64,000 nt of DNA from Ginglymostoma cirratum (GCA_024137785.1 JAHRHZ010000150.1:755627-819626); one strand, 5' to 3'. Positions 39,867-51,866 are shown, counted from the first letter of the stretch. Notes: generated by a model from the sequence alone, not told the origin. A program made the numbers and translations.

Positions 39867-40754
39867 ATGTTCGGTGCTCTTTCTCTGCATTTCCTGTTAC
39901 TGCTGCTCCCAGGTAACCTTCCAGCCTTGGTGAATTGTTTGAGCTAGTCATAATCTGCTTTTGGTGCCGGAGACGAATTTCTGTCAGCCAGATAATTTGC
40001 AAGTTTCTTTCTTGTTTACTCTCTTGAAAAAAACAAAGAAAGGGAATTGTCTCACAGTGGAATGAAAAGAGGAAATACCTTGTGTCCAAATAACCAGTCA
40101 CAATGCCCGCAACAGTGAGCGCATGAGGTCATTACCTCTCTCCCTATAATAGGGACATGTCATGTCTTAGGAATGCGGATGGATTTTGAGCGACATGGAA
40201 TGTAGGAAACCGGGGATACACCTGCGTCCCCGCAAACAATCGGCGTTGCAGCCAAACGTGGCGATGAAGAGCTTTCCCGAGTTTTGCTACTCCGTAAGTA
40301 AGTGTGCAGAGAACTGCAGTTCTGTCTGTGGGTGTCAAAGAGTCGAGAGGCTCTGTCAGTGCAGGTCCTGGTTCCCTTCGTAGAAATTGACTCATCTTAG
40401 TGATAGTAAACGTTTGAAATTTGACCCTATCTGTTCTCCCGTTTCTCCTCAGCTGGCTGCAGGAGCGCGCTCGTTTCCCAATGGGAGAACCGCTTGTCTG
40501 TTGGTGAAGGGAAGATGGCAGAGATGCAATGTTACCAAAACGACACTAGTGAAAACTGGATGTACTGGTACAGCCAGAGCAGAGGAGCAGGGCTGCAGCT
40601 CATAGCAACCTCCATGTTCGGATCTGAACCCACGCTTGAAGAAGGTTTCAAGGGGAGGTTTGAAGTCACTCGATCCAGTCAGAAGTCGTGCAGCCTGAAA
40701 ATACAGAGCTTGGTGCCGACTGATACTGCAGTCTACTACTGCGCTGCTAGTAAT
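39867..40754 (+). CDS. TRBV: TCR beta V gene segment, apparently functional (leader 39867-39912; V exon 40453-40754)
   Basis: MFGALSLHFLLLLLP/GT...AG/AGCRSALVSQWENRLSVGEGKMAEMQCYQNDTSENWMYWYSQ...DTAVYYCAASN. Promoter variant TGAGGTCA at 39778-39785. Confidence 0.94.
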
Positions 40755-40793
40755 CACAATGATTTGGTCAGGCTCAGAACTTGGTCAAAAACC
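40755..40793 (+). promoter_or_regulatory. 23-spacer RSS
   Basis: CACAATG - 23 nt - TCAAAAACC. Confidence 0.92.
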
Positions 40794-41028
40794 CAACAGC
40801 CTGTTATAACATGAACCGGGAGATTAGGAAAGAGCTGCTGGCAGGTTTCAACAAGCTCGTCATCGACATAGACTTCCGTGCCTTCCAACAAAACCTCCCA
40901 AACGGACAAAATAATTTCCCAGTCTCTCAGGAGCGATAGATAGAATCACGGAACTCTACAGTACAGTATAAGACTCTTCAGTACATGGTGCCCACGCCGG
41001 TTAAAAACAGCCATCTAAATATTCTGAG

Positions 41029-41253
41029 ATAGAAGGAACTGCCGATGCTGGAGGATCTGAGATAACAAGGTGTAGAGCTGGATGAAAACAACAGGCCAAG
41101 CAGCGTCAGAGGAGCAGGAAAGCTGACCTTTCGGCTCCGGACACTTCTTCAAAACGAAAAATTTCTGAAGAAGGATCCAGACCCGAAAGGTCAGCTTTCC
41201 TGCTCCTCTGATGCTGCTTGGCCTATTGTGTTCATCCAGCTCTACACCTTGTT
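41029..41253. mobile_element. Palindromic Penelope-derived insertion, 16-bp TSD
   Basis: ATCTAAATATTCTGAG at 41013 and 41254. Inverted arms. CTGAAGAAGGATCCAGACCCGAAAG core at ~41165. Empty paralogous site at ~38066. Confidence 0.8.
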
Positions 41254-43828
41254 ATCTAAATATTCTGAGGTCATTTTCCAGCATTTCCCTCATACCGTTG
41301 TATGCCCTGGCATCTCAAGTGCAGATCTGAATACTTTTTCAATGTGATGGGGCTTTCTGTTCTACCACTATCACAAGTAGCGACTTCCTTACTCACTCCA
41401 CCACCTGTGTGAAAAAGCTTTTCTTCTCATCTCCAATAAAACTCCTGACCAACCCCTTAAAGTTTGTCCCCAGTTATTTATCCCTCCATCCAGGGGAATT
41501 TTCTTTTCCTGTCTATGCTCTCTATCCCCTCAAAAGCTTACGCATCTGAATCCTAGATAACAAGGTGTAGAGCCGGATATACACAGCAGGCCAAGCAGCA
41601 TCAGAGGAGCAGGAAGGCTGATGTTTCGGGCCGAGAAACGTCTTTTGATAAACACACATGTTCTTCAAGGATAATTTGTCCAAGGTGCCATTCTGTATAA
41701 CTGCAGGACCTGTTTTGGTCATGCTGCACGGAAAATCTCAAAAAAATTATGAAGTTATCAAGAGGAACAGGCAACAAATCGAAACTTTATTGAAAGAATC
41801 ACCTCAATTGCCCAAGTGCTGCTTTATGAGGAAGATAAAAAAGTGAATGAGAGGCTCACCTTAACTATAGGAGGAATAAAAACAAAAATGTTATGAAGAA
41901 AGGACAGATAGACTGAGATCATTTTCTTCAGAGCAGTGGAAATTGAGAATGGACAGGATTCAGATGCAGTGATAGTAGGAACTGCAGATGCTGGCGAACC
42001 TGAGATGACAATTTTTTCTGAAGAAGTTTCTAGGCCCAACACGTCAGCCTTCTTGCTCCTCTGATGCTGCTTGGCCTGTTGTGTTCATTCAGTCCTACAC
42101 CTTGTTATCTCAGATTCTCCAGCATCTGCTGTTCCTAATATCTCTCAAAGTCAGAGCAGATGGATTAAATTGAATTTTATTAAATAAATCTCACGTCTGA
42201 TTATCCTAGTTGTTTATTGACAGCTCCTGTCTCTCCCAAAGTGCAGCAAGCGTTGCTGATGGAAAATATTCTGACGTGTCTCCTCAAGATTAACAATTGC
42301 TGCAGTCCTGAGAAGCTGCATGGTAGCTCTTATTTACTGAGAGTCAACAAGACTTCTTCAATGCTCTTTGATCATCTTCTTGAATGAGAGTCAGCTGCAT
42401 GCAATGGAAACACGTTTTTTTCTGCAATCATACACCTGACTGAGACAGGACACCCGGATTTAACTCCTACATGATAGAGAGGTTGTTACAATATCTATCA
42501 ATAGGTTGATAGGAAGACATCTAGGATGAATGCGGGGTGCTGTCGTGAAGAGCAATGTTAGTGTAACTACCTCTGAGCCAGGAGACCATCATTGAACTCC
42601 CAACTCTCCAGAAGTCTGTAATAGCATTTCCATTCAGGTTGATTAGAAATTAATTGGGGCAAATGAGGAAGCTTCTTGTGATGCTTTGGTAGGATTCGTA
42701 CCTTCAAGCCAGGAGGCCTGAGTGCAATACAGAGCTGCTCCAGCTCTGTTTAGAAACATCTGTGAACAAGTTCATTGCAAAATATCTAAAATCTCTCTCT
42801 TCACCCCATTAGAATATTGTATCTGTTCGGCATTGCAACAACAAATATCGTCTTTGAGGAACTTTTCTTATTGGAAACCAATAAGTTATTCATGAAAACT
42901 TGACTTACAAAAGGTCTTATAACAATTTTGCAGAGAGAAGAAAAACAGACTGGACATTAGAATTTGACATCTCTCAGACCAGGGGAATTTTCTACTGTGT
43001 AGGAAACTGTTTGCATTCATTTTGAGGCAAGGGGGCGGTTCATAACTGAACGTGCCACTCTCAGGAACAGTCTTTTATTTACTTCAAAACTATACTTTAC
43101 TCATTAAAAAAAAACTTTCTATACTTACATAGTTACTAGACCCAGTCGATACTGTACAGTATTTACATATGCAGAAAAAACCAAACATTGCAATTTAACT
43201 TTCCCCACAGTTGCAATAGCCCCAGAGGTATTCCTTCCTTACGCAAGCTACTATTAATATACCTTTGAGGCACCGGGCGAGTCCGATAACTGTAGGAATC
43301 CCCATTGTTCTTTGGTAGAAAGAACTTAGACAGTAGGGTTTCCCCACTGTGCCTTGATGGCAGCTGCCTGGGGTTTTAAAGCATCCGACAACACGTATTC
43401 CTGAACCTTTCAATGTGCCTGCCTGCTACTCTTGGTCAAGCACTGGTAGGAACAGACTGCCTAATGTGTTTTTTCTCCTCTGCCTCCATCCTGAGATGCA
43501 AAGTGGAACGATGAAGCGACTTCCAAACAAGTCTGCAATCCTTTGACATGGGATGACTTGTTTTCCCTTCAAAAAAAATGTACAAATGGTTCCAATCTGT
43601 ATCAAGAACTTGCAGGGTGTTGATAATATCTGTTAAACCTGTGCGACCACTTTGTGGGTCATTTGTCAGTGTGTTCATAGACAAGACATCAGTTGTTTCT
43701 TAGATGGGAATGAGGGCGGTCTGTTGGAAGTTCTCACGATGATGTCCCATCTACAACTATCATTAAATCCGGCTACAGGGCAATAGGATGTGCAGTATCT
43801 GAGAGTTGTACCAAAAATGGAAGGAATA

Positions 43829-44620
43829 ATGTTTGGTGCTCTTTCCTTGCATCTCCTGTAACTGCTGCTCCCACGTAACCTTCCAGCCTTGGTGAAGTAT
43901 TTGAGCACGTCTTAATCCTCTTTTGGTGCTGCAGACAAACTTCAATCTGTCAGATCATTAACAAGCTTCGTTCTTGTTTACTCTGTTAAAAAAAGAGAAC
44001 TGTGTTTTTGTAGAATGAAAGTGGCAATGACCAAATTTCAAATAACCAGGCGTAACGCTCACAACAGTGAACGGCTGAGGTCACCTTCTCTCTATGTTTC
44101 TGTCCATAATGGGTCAACATCATGTATTGCCAAGGCAGGTGGATTTCAAAGTGTGGGGAATGTTGGAAAAAAGGCAGCACACCTGGTTTTCCTCAGGCAA
44201 TTGCCATTGTAGCCAAAAGTGTCGAGGTGGAGTGTACTCCAGTTTTTCTCTGCCATGACTTGGTGACCAGAGAACTGCAGCTCTGTCTGAGAATATCAAC
44301 GAGTCGAGCTCGTGTGAGTGGGGCTCCTGGTATCATTAATAGAAATTGTGTCATTAATAGAAATAGTCGTTGTAAATATTGAAATTTGACCCTGTCTGTT
44401 CTTCCATTCCTCCTCAGCTGGCTGGAATGGGAGAACAGCCTGTTTTTCGGAAAAGAGAAGACAACGAAGATGCACTGTTACCAAAATGCTCTAGTGATAG
44501 CTAGATGCCTGGAACCACCGCTTCACAGCAGCTGGCCTGCAGCTCAGAGCAACCCATATTGTTGCCCCTGCACGCACAGTCGAAAAGGATTCCAAGGGAA
44601 GTTTGAAGTTACCAGGCACA
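43829..44620 (+). pseudogene. TRBV: TCR beta V pseudogene (leader 43829-43874; truncated V exon from 44418)
   Basis: Leader MFGALSLHLL* contains a stop. The V exon has deletions, retains KMHCYQN and GFQGKFEVTR, then truncates with no RSS. Confidence 0.82.
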
Positions 44621-45809
44621 CACCGATTATATTAATGGAGGTGAGATGGGGCTGAAGAGTGGTGGCTTTGGTTTTAGTCGTGACTTTGCAGTGAAGGAGA
44701 CTCGTGTCTGACCATTAGGCCCATGGCCCATGGCCCATGGCAGAACACTTAATAAAAAGGACTGTAAATTTGGACAATTTCTTAATTTCTTCATTTTTCT
44801 GCCTTTATATTCAACGTTTCAGTTTATTCTTTCAGTGCTTTAGGATGGCGCTGGAGCATGGTGACGTTATGCAACACTTATCATTGTATTTTTTCACAAG
44901 ATACATGTGCCAATAATTAAATCAAATCAAAAGGAGGAAATCCCTGCTGATCTCGGGGATGCTGCCATCACCACCCTCTTCAGGAAAAGAGGCAAAGTGG
45001 ACTGTGGGTATGACCGATCAGTCTTCCAACTCTGGGAAGAAAATCCAAATCCTAACAACACACCTTCTCCCAATCCCAAAGAAAACCCTTCCTGATATCC
45101 AATGTGGTTTCCTATAAAGTCATGGAATTGCGCACATGAGCTTCCCTGTTTGGTAACTCCAAGAGAAATGTCAGGAGCAACACCAACCATTCTACTTTAA
45201 CCTGACAAAGACCTTTGACTGAGTCAGTTGGGAAGTGAAATGGAAGATCCTGTTCAAAGTCCGGCTGTCCAGTAAAATTTGTCAACATCTCCCTTACAGT
45301 AGTGGGCTGAGTACGCAACCTGACGGGTTACCAGTGTTGAGGATTGTTGTGGAGGCAGTACTATTGTCTGTTTTCACTTATTGCGGTCTAAGGGTCGGGA
45401 AGTTGAGGATCCAGTTGCAAATGGTGGAACAGAGACCTCGGTCTTATAGTTTTTAGATTAGTTTGTTTGGGATTACAGTGTTGTAAGCGGAGGTGCAGTT
45501 GAGAAATGGTTCCCTGGTGTATGATCCCTATTATCTAGATGTTCCAGGGATGAGTGTAGGGCTAGGTTAATGGCATCTGCCATGGAATTGTTTCATCAAT
45601 AGGCAAGTTGAAAGGGATTGAGGCAGGCTGGGAGTCTAGAGTTGATGTGAGCCGTGATTAACCTCATGAAGCATTTCATAATTATGGAGACCAGAGCCAT
45701 TGTGATAGCTGTTGAAGCGAATTGCATGTGTTCTCTTTGGCACCAGGATGATGATTCAGACAAACCATATTTCACCAAAGCCCATTTTGATCACAGAATT
45801 TGGTTACTT

Positions 45810-46300
45810 TCATATGTGCTCTTACCAAAGTGTCAAATACAATATTTTCTTTTGTGGATACCCGAATGACTTCTAAATTGCATGGCCGGATATTAACTGC
45901 ATTGAAACATCTATAAATCTTTCTCCTGAAATCTCGCAAAAAAAGAGTGTGGTCCATGCAAGTAACAGTTTCTTTTCAGCTGTTACTCATGCAAATTTCA
46001 AACTGACATAAAGGCAACACAAGACTCAATGCCTCTTTCTGTACCATTGAATAATTCTCGTGACAGACACTCGGTTTCTCCAATTTAAAAAAAACACTGA
46101 CAGATCATTTGATTCCCGTTTCATTTTCTTGTAATTAAATAGCATTATTAAAAACGAAAGTGGTGTTTTTGGCATAAACATTTTGAATTTCTGCTTATAA
46201 TTTGCAACTGCTAAGATAAGTGTCATTGCCAGCAAGTCTTTCAAATTGTCCAAACAATGATGACGTTATTCTCTCTATTGAAGTGTTCTTACTTTCTGTA
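45810..46300 (-). mobile_element. Gypsy-type LTR retrotransposon pol (RNase H) relic
   Basis: Minus strand reads NYSMVQKEALSLV..LCQFEI...VTCMDH....KENIVFDTL, matching the Gypsy RNase H pattern YS..EKE.LA...TDH...GKEN..AD.LSR. Confidence 0.6.
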
Positions 46301-48289
46301 ACATTGCCAAAAGTGAGGAAACATTTCTTGACAAAACTAATTAAGGCTGATATACATCAGAATTTAGTTTTTTTTAAAAAAGCACTACTTCAGGCTTTAT
46401 GCATGAACATAGTTCAAATTCAACAAATTCATTTCTTTATAAGTTCATATCCATAATGGTTCTTTGCAGCTGATATGTAATTTACACAAGTGGTGTAAAA
46501 GTGAAGAGGTGATACTTTGATCTTATGGGGCATTAGTGAGAGTACTGTGGTTACTGTATTTACAGAAGGAGGTTAATGTGTTGGAAACAGTCCAGCAAAA
46601 TTTACTCGACTAATATCTGTTATGAGTGAATTGTCATATGAGGAAAGTCTAGGCAGAATCAAACATTTCAGTTGGCAGTTTACCCGTTCATGGAGTTCCA
46701 ACTCACTTGCTGGCCAATGTAGACAAATATGTCACCTTCAGCGATGAAAATTAATAGATATATGAATATACGAATGTACAATGAAGGAACAAGAGCATTC
46801 CACTCAGCCAATTGACCCTGCCCCACTATTCAATAAGATCATGTTGACCTGATTTTCACTTCAACTTTACATTCCTGCGTGACCCAAATAATCTTTTACC
46901 CCCTTGGTAATTCAAGAATCTCTCTTTCTGCATTAAAAAATAAAATTCTGCATCCAATACCTTTTGAGGAAGGGAATTTCAAAGTCATTCAACATTCTGA
47001 TGGGGAAAATATTTCCTCATCTCTATTATGATTGCGGGATCCATGATTTTTAACTAGAATCTCTGGAGCTATGATCTAGGCCTTCAGAGTTAGAAGAGTC
47101 AGAGCTGATATAATTGAAACAAATAATACCTTTAAAGGAATGTGCCAGGTGTATGTGGAAAAGATGCTTCCTTTTGTGGGACAATCCAAAACTGAGGGAT
47201 CATAGTTTACAAGAACGATATTCCTGACCTTTCTGACTCCTTATATCGATTCAACAAATCCAGAGGCATTGACACCTGAAGGTTTATTCAAAAAAGGGTT
47301 GCTTTAATTAAAGTCTGACTCAACTCCCTGTCTTTTGTCTGTCACACAAGAGATGAATAACTGGGTAAACGTTTGAGTATTCATTTCGGGTAACACATCA
47401 AAGTTGCATGATTTGATAAATCACTGGAATCTGCATGCTGTGTACTTTTTAGTCTGTTACCTCAATAACTGGCATTGAAATACATCACTAAGGTTAGACC
47501 TATTTCAAATTACACAACTTAAATTGAGTAGAAGGAATTGACCATGTCTTTTAGACTTTTTATTTCTGAGCAACAAATAAAAATGTACCACTCCTCGAAA
47601 GTAAACAGCTATTGCCAATCATTGACTGATCCCCTATTGCTCAAAATAGACATACATGTATATAGCAATAATTGGTATTCATTATATTGCGTGGTACAAC
47701 ACCAGAGTGTGCATAGACCAGTAACCTCCTGAAAGTCACAATGATTTCTTTCTCTCTGTCTAAATGATATCTCACTGGAGTTATGATCAGGGCTATAAAA
47801 GACAACACAACAATATTTATTGATTCCAATTCAATATTCTCTTTAAGTGTTAAATTGGTTTAGTTTGATCACTGCTAGATCACCTCGGCCAACTTCAGTA
47901 ACTCAGTGAGGCTTATGTTTTTCCCTGAGACAATTGAATATGCACTTAATGAGTAATCACTACAACAATGTCTGAAACAAGGCATCCAATTTATACACAG
48001 AAATCTATGACAAAACGGAATTTAAAATTAAGCATAATAACCTCTTTGATGAAGTTGCTTGAGTGATAACATTTGCAGAATATTAGGATAAATCTGTTGT
48101 ACCATTTTCAAATAGTGATTGTGGAATTCTTTAATCCACATGAGTGAACATTCCCTTACTTCCCACTCAGATTGCACAGCTTCCTCGGTAGTGTCAATGA
48201 GACCCTGCCATGCTTCCTCAACACTCAAGCTCAGACAGGGTAGCCCTCTCTGTGTACTGTCCCTTTGAAATCCTATTCTCCTCATTGTG

Positions 48290-48640
48290 CTGAACCTGCA
48301 CAGGGTAAATCACCCATATTACTGACACTGCACAGAGCAGCAGTCTCAAAGTGCTGATGGTACACAGAGCAGCACTTCCACAGAGCTGATGCTGCATACA
48401 GTTGCCCCCCCCCCGCAGTACTATTACTGTACAGCATAGCATTCCCACAGCACTGACACTCCAACACTGCTGCACTCAATCAGTATCAACCTTCCAATTA
48501 TGCTGCAATCCCAAAGTGCTGACACTCCAACAGTGCATATCTCCCACAGACTGAACTTCTGAAAGTGTTGCACTGCCTCAGTATGGACTCTATGGCAGTG
48601 CAGCTCTACCTCAGTACTGACCATCCAAAGGCTATCAAAC
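48290..48640. repeat. Degenerate short-period tandem repeat (CAGTGCTG/CACAG-rich)
   Basis: Recurrent GCTGACACT/CACAG/CAGTA units. Confidence 0.55.
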
Positions 48641-50399
48641 GAGAAGACAAAACATGCGTTCAAGACTTTCTCATTGGACATTTCAGAACACATTAACTTT
48701 TGTCTTATATTGATCTCCTCTAATTAAGAATCACACGATATCAGATGGACCCAACCACACTATTCCACAATTTCAAGTGTCTTCTTTCACATTACGGTTA
48801 ATGCTCACTCTGCTAACGAATAGAGCTTCAGATTGTAAAATCACCTCTGAAAGTCATCGCATTCTGCTCTGAGACCTTTTAAGATGACAACAATTAGGAA
48901 CAGAGGAGGCATTTCGGCCCCTCGAACCTCATCTGCAATTCACTTGGATCGTGGTTCATCCATTATTTCTCATTTTTTCTTTCCCGTCCTTTTCCCACAA
49001 CACATGATTCCCCAACTGATCAAGAATCTATCTGCCTCAGCCTTAAACATACACAACGACTCTGCACCCCACATTTCCCTCTGGCAAGGAGTTTCAAAGA
49101 CTCACTAGCCTCTGAGAGAAGCAATTCCTCTTCATCTCAATTTTAAATTGGTGCTCCTTCTTCTGTGACTATGCCTCTGTTGTTAGACTCTCCAATGAGG
49201 GAAAAGGTCCTCTCAGCATTTACCCTGTCAAGCCGCTTAAGAGTCCTATATGTTTTAATGAGAATACCTCTCATCATTCTAAACTCCAGTGAATAGATTC
49301 CCAATCTGTTTAAACTTTGCTTATAAGACAATCCCCCCAAACCAGGGATCATTCTTCTCAGAACTTCCTCCAATGCAATAATATCTTTCCTGAAATATAG
49401 GGACTAAAGCTTCTCAGTAGATTCGGGTACAATTACAAAGTTTAAATGAAATTTGGATAAGTGCATGAATAGGAAATGTTTGGAGGGTGCAGGAAGGTTG
49501 GGCTAGTTTAGTTTGGAATTATGTTTGGCATAGATTGGTTAGACTGAAGGGTCTGTTTCCAAAACTGTATGCCTCCATATCTCTATGTGGTCTCACCAGA
49601 ACCCGTGCAGTTGCACTAAGACTTCCTCAGTCATGCTCCAAATCCCTTGAAATACTTTCATTTGTACCTTCCTCAGTGTCATCTACTGCTTTAAAATGGA
49701 TATACAAACAATGATCTAGGTTCGATGTGGGGGTTAAACCCAATTTCTAGACTGGGCTATAATTGTACTTTTGTAATGGATCTTCTAACAACATTTAGCG
49801 CTGCTATTTAACCGTTAGGAACCACGCTGAATCTATATTTTGAACCTTGAATTTAAATGGGAAAAGAGTAAGACATTTACGTCCTTGGCTCTGCAATCGT
49901 CTTTCTTTGCAAATACCTTGGCACTTCCGTGTCATTCCTCACTCTGCCTTTATTAGTTTTGTTTTTAGTCGAAGTTTACGTTAGATCTTCCAAAGCTACA
50001 GACTTTTAGTGCAGGTGTGTAAGAATGCAAACGGCTTCCAAAGGAGATCGGTTCAAACAGTGAGATGAAACCCGCGTCAACCAAGTATCGAAGCAACATT
50101 TGCACCCTTGACTTTGCAAACGTAGGATTTTTCTGAATGATAGTTTGGGAGGTCACAAGTGCATAAAATGCTCTCCGTACCGAGTGTGTTGCGTTTGAAG
50201 AGGTTGTTGATACTGTTTTCCTTATAAGACAGAGCAAACACGACATGAGAGAGGAAGGAGGTCAGATCGGGTTCAACAGCAGGAAGATCAGTGAAAACCA
50301 TCAATAGAGACAGGAGACAGAAACAAAGTAATCCAAAATATCAAACGAATAAACAACCAACTATTCACGCACCAAATTCTCAGAATGGCCTTCCTTCTG

Positions 50400-50585
50400 T
50401 TTCTGTGCAAACTGCTGGAGGAGGGGAAGAATGGTATCGTCATCTTCCTGTCTAAGTATAACTGTTGGAAAAGGGGGTGAATGGCCTCATTCTGTTCCTA
50501 TGTAACAGACTGGATAAGGGGATGAATAACCTCCTCCTGTTCCTGTTTCAACAGGCTCCCGAGGAATGGAATGACCCCCTCTGCA
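50400..50585 (+). repeat. Tandem array of CR1-tail-like units (GAATGGCCTC..CTGTTCCT)
   Basis: About 4 degenerate units of roughly 43 nt. Confidence 0.55.
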
Positions 50586-50699
50586 GTTTCTTTATTGCTG
50601 GCGCCTGTGCTTGACTGACCACATCATGACTCAGAATTACTCCACCATCATTAGGTAAAATGGCATCTTCGAATGACTCCACCTCCTAAGACAAAACTG

Positions 50700-51255
50700 A
50701 TATTTTATTTTTTAAAAATATATTAATTTTGTAAAAGTATCTTTACATGCTTACATAGACATTTCATCTCTCTACAGTAGCATATGGAGAAACAAACAAA
50801 TATTGGATTTAGACACTATTCAACAAACAAACCAAAGGCATCTCTAAACTCTATCCAACAAACAAACCAAAGGTATCTCTAACCTGTATAATATATTTAC
50901 ATATATTTGAGGTACAAGAAGGATCTGATAACTGAAAGGAGTCCCATTTAACATTGGTAGAAAGACCCCAGACTGTGGTCTTTGCCCACTGAGCCTTGGC
51001 AGCAGCTGAATCAATCTTTGGTGTATTCTGCAGCATGTAGTCCTGGACCTTGGAATCGGGTAGTCTTTAAGACTCAGTTGAGGGCAACTCCTTGCTCTGG
51101 AGGACCAACAAGCTTGGAGCAACCAAACAGTGTCTTTCACTGAGTTCATGGTCCTCCAAAGGCAGTCAGCGTTTGTCTCGGTATGCATCCCAGGGAACAG
51201 ACCCTGGAGTACAGAGTTCAATGTTAAGGAGCTACTCAGGATGAATTTCAACAAG
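50700..51255 (-). mobile_element. Tx1/L1-like LINE 3' end immediately upstream of D
   Basis: Minus-strand ORFs LFPGMHTETNADCLWRTMNSVKDTVW and SAAAKAQWAKTTV; same family as the 27047 copy. Confidence 0.7.
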
Positions 51256-51351
51256 AACCACAAAACTACATTCTAACACCTGGATCTCAAAGGATAGCAG
51301 CAGCTAAAAGACTTTGAACCCAGCGAAGAGGCAGAGCCACGTACCTTACCA

Positions 51352-51379
51352 TTTTTTTGTTCGAGTGTGTATCACCGTG
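51352..51379 (+). promoter_or_regulatory. 5' D 12-spacer RSS
   Basis: TTTTTTTGT - TCGAGTGTGTAT (12 nt) - CACCGTG. Confidence 0.9.
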
Positions 51380-51392
51380 GGGACAGGGAGCT
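51380..51392 (+). CDS. TRBD: TCR beta D segment GGGACAGGGAGCT
   Basis: Flanked by 12- and 23-RSS. First 9 nt are identical to mammalian TRBD1 (GGGACAGGGGGC). Open in all three frames (GTGS / GQGA / DRE). Confidence 0.95.
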
Positions 51393-51431
51393 CACAATGA
51401 TACAATCCAATGCAGGTCTTATACTAAAACC
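51393..51431 (+). promoter_or_regulatory. 3' D 23-spacer RSS
   Basis: CACAATG - 23 nt - ACTAAAACC. Confidence 0.92.
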
Positions 51432-51866
51432 CCTCACATTATCAGGCGAAGAACATTAGTAATGGAACCGAATTTTTCAACATTTGCACCTGGATTATTG
51501 TGGGAAACAAGACATTAACGTCTACAAACGATATTGAAACTTCCACTGGCTTTGGGTTTTGGAAATGGGAATGGGTTTTGGTTGTAACACCTTGAACAAT
51601 TGATCATTCCTCACTTAGATTGAACAGTGATCTCTCGGATGGATATAAGCCAACGATCAACATTCCAAAATGTGAGATGATTATGATCCGAATTGCTATC
51701 CCGGAGGAAATTCAACTGTTCGTGTCCCCCTCGGTGAGAACCACTCTGGAAAGTGCTTACTCTCTGAAAAAGGGCACCCTTTGACCTGCCCTCCACGTTA
51801 TTTTAAGATGCATTGGCTTTGACTCTTTGGCAAAAGGGGGTTGATGTGAATTGATCTGATGGTGTG

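Noticed and set aside
47641-47829. Minus-strand ORF with a signal-peptide-like start (SINIVVLSFIALIITP)
   Set aside because: Starts at TTG rather than ATG, the putative intron is only about 47 nt, and there is no coherent downstream exon.
50077-50304. Minus-strand ORF with Ig C1-like fragments (PDLTSFLS, SYVCKVK) and a possible 40-nt exon at 50181-50220
   Set aside because: No canonical Cys-Trp spacing, no proper acceptor for the long ORF and no partner exons; cannot be supported without a profile search.
51470-51600. TATTGTG heptamer-like site and FGNG-like codons after D (extra D or J?)
   Set aside because: No nonamer at 12-nt spacing, in-frame stop, and no splice donor.
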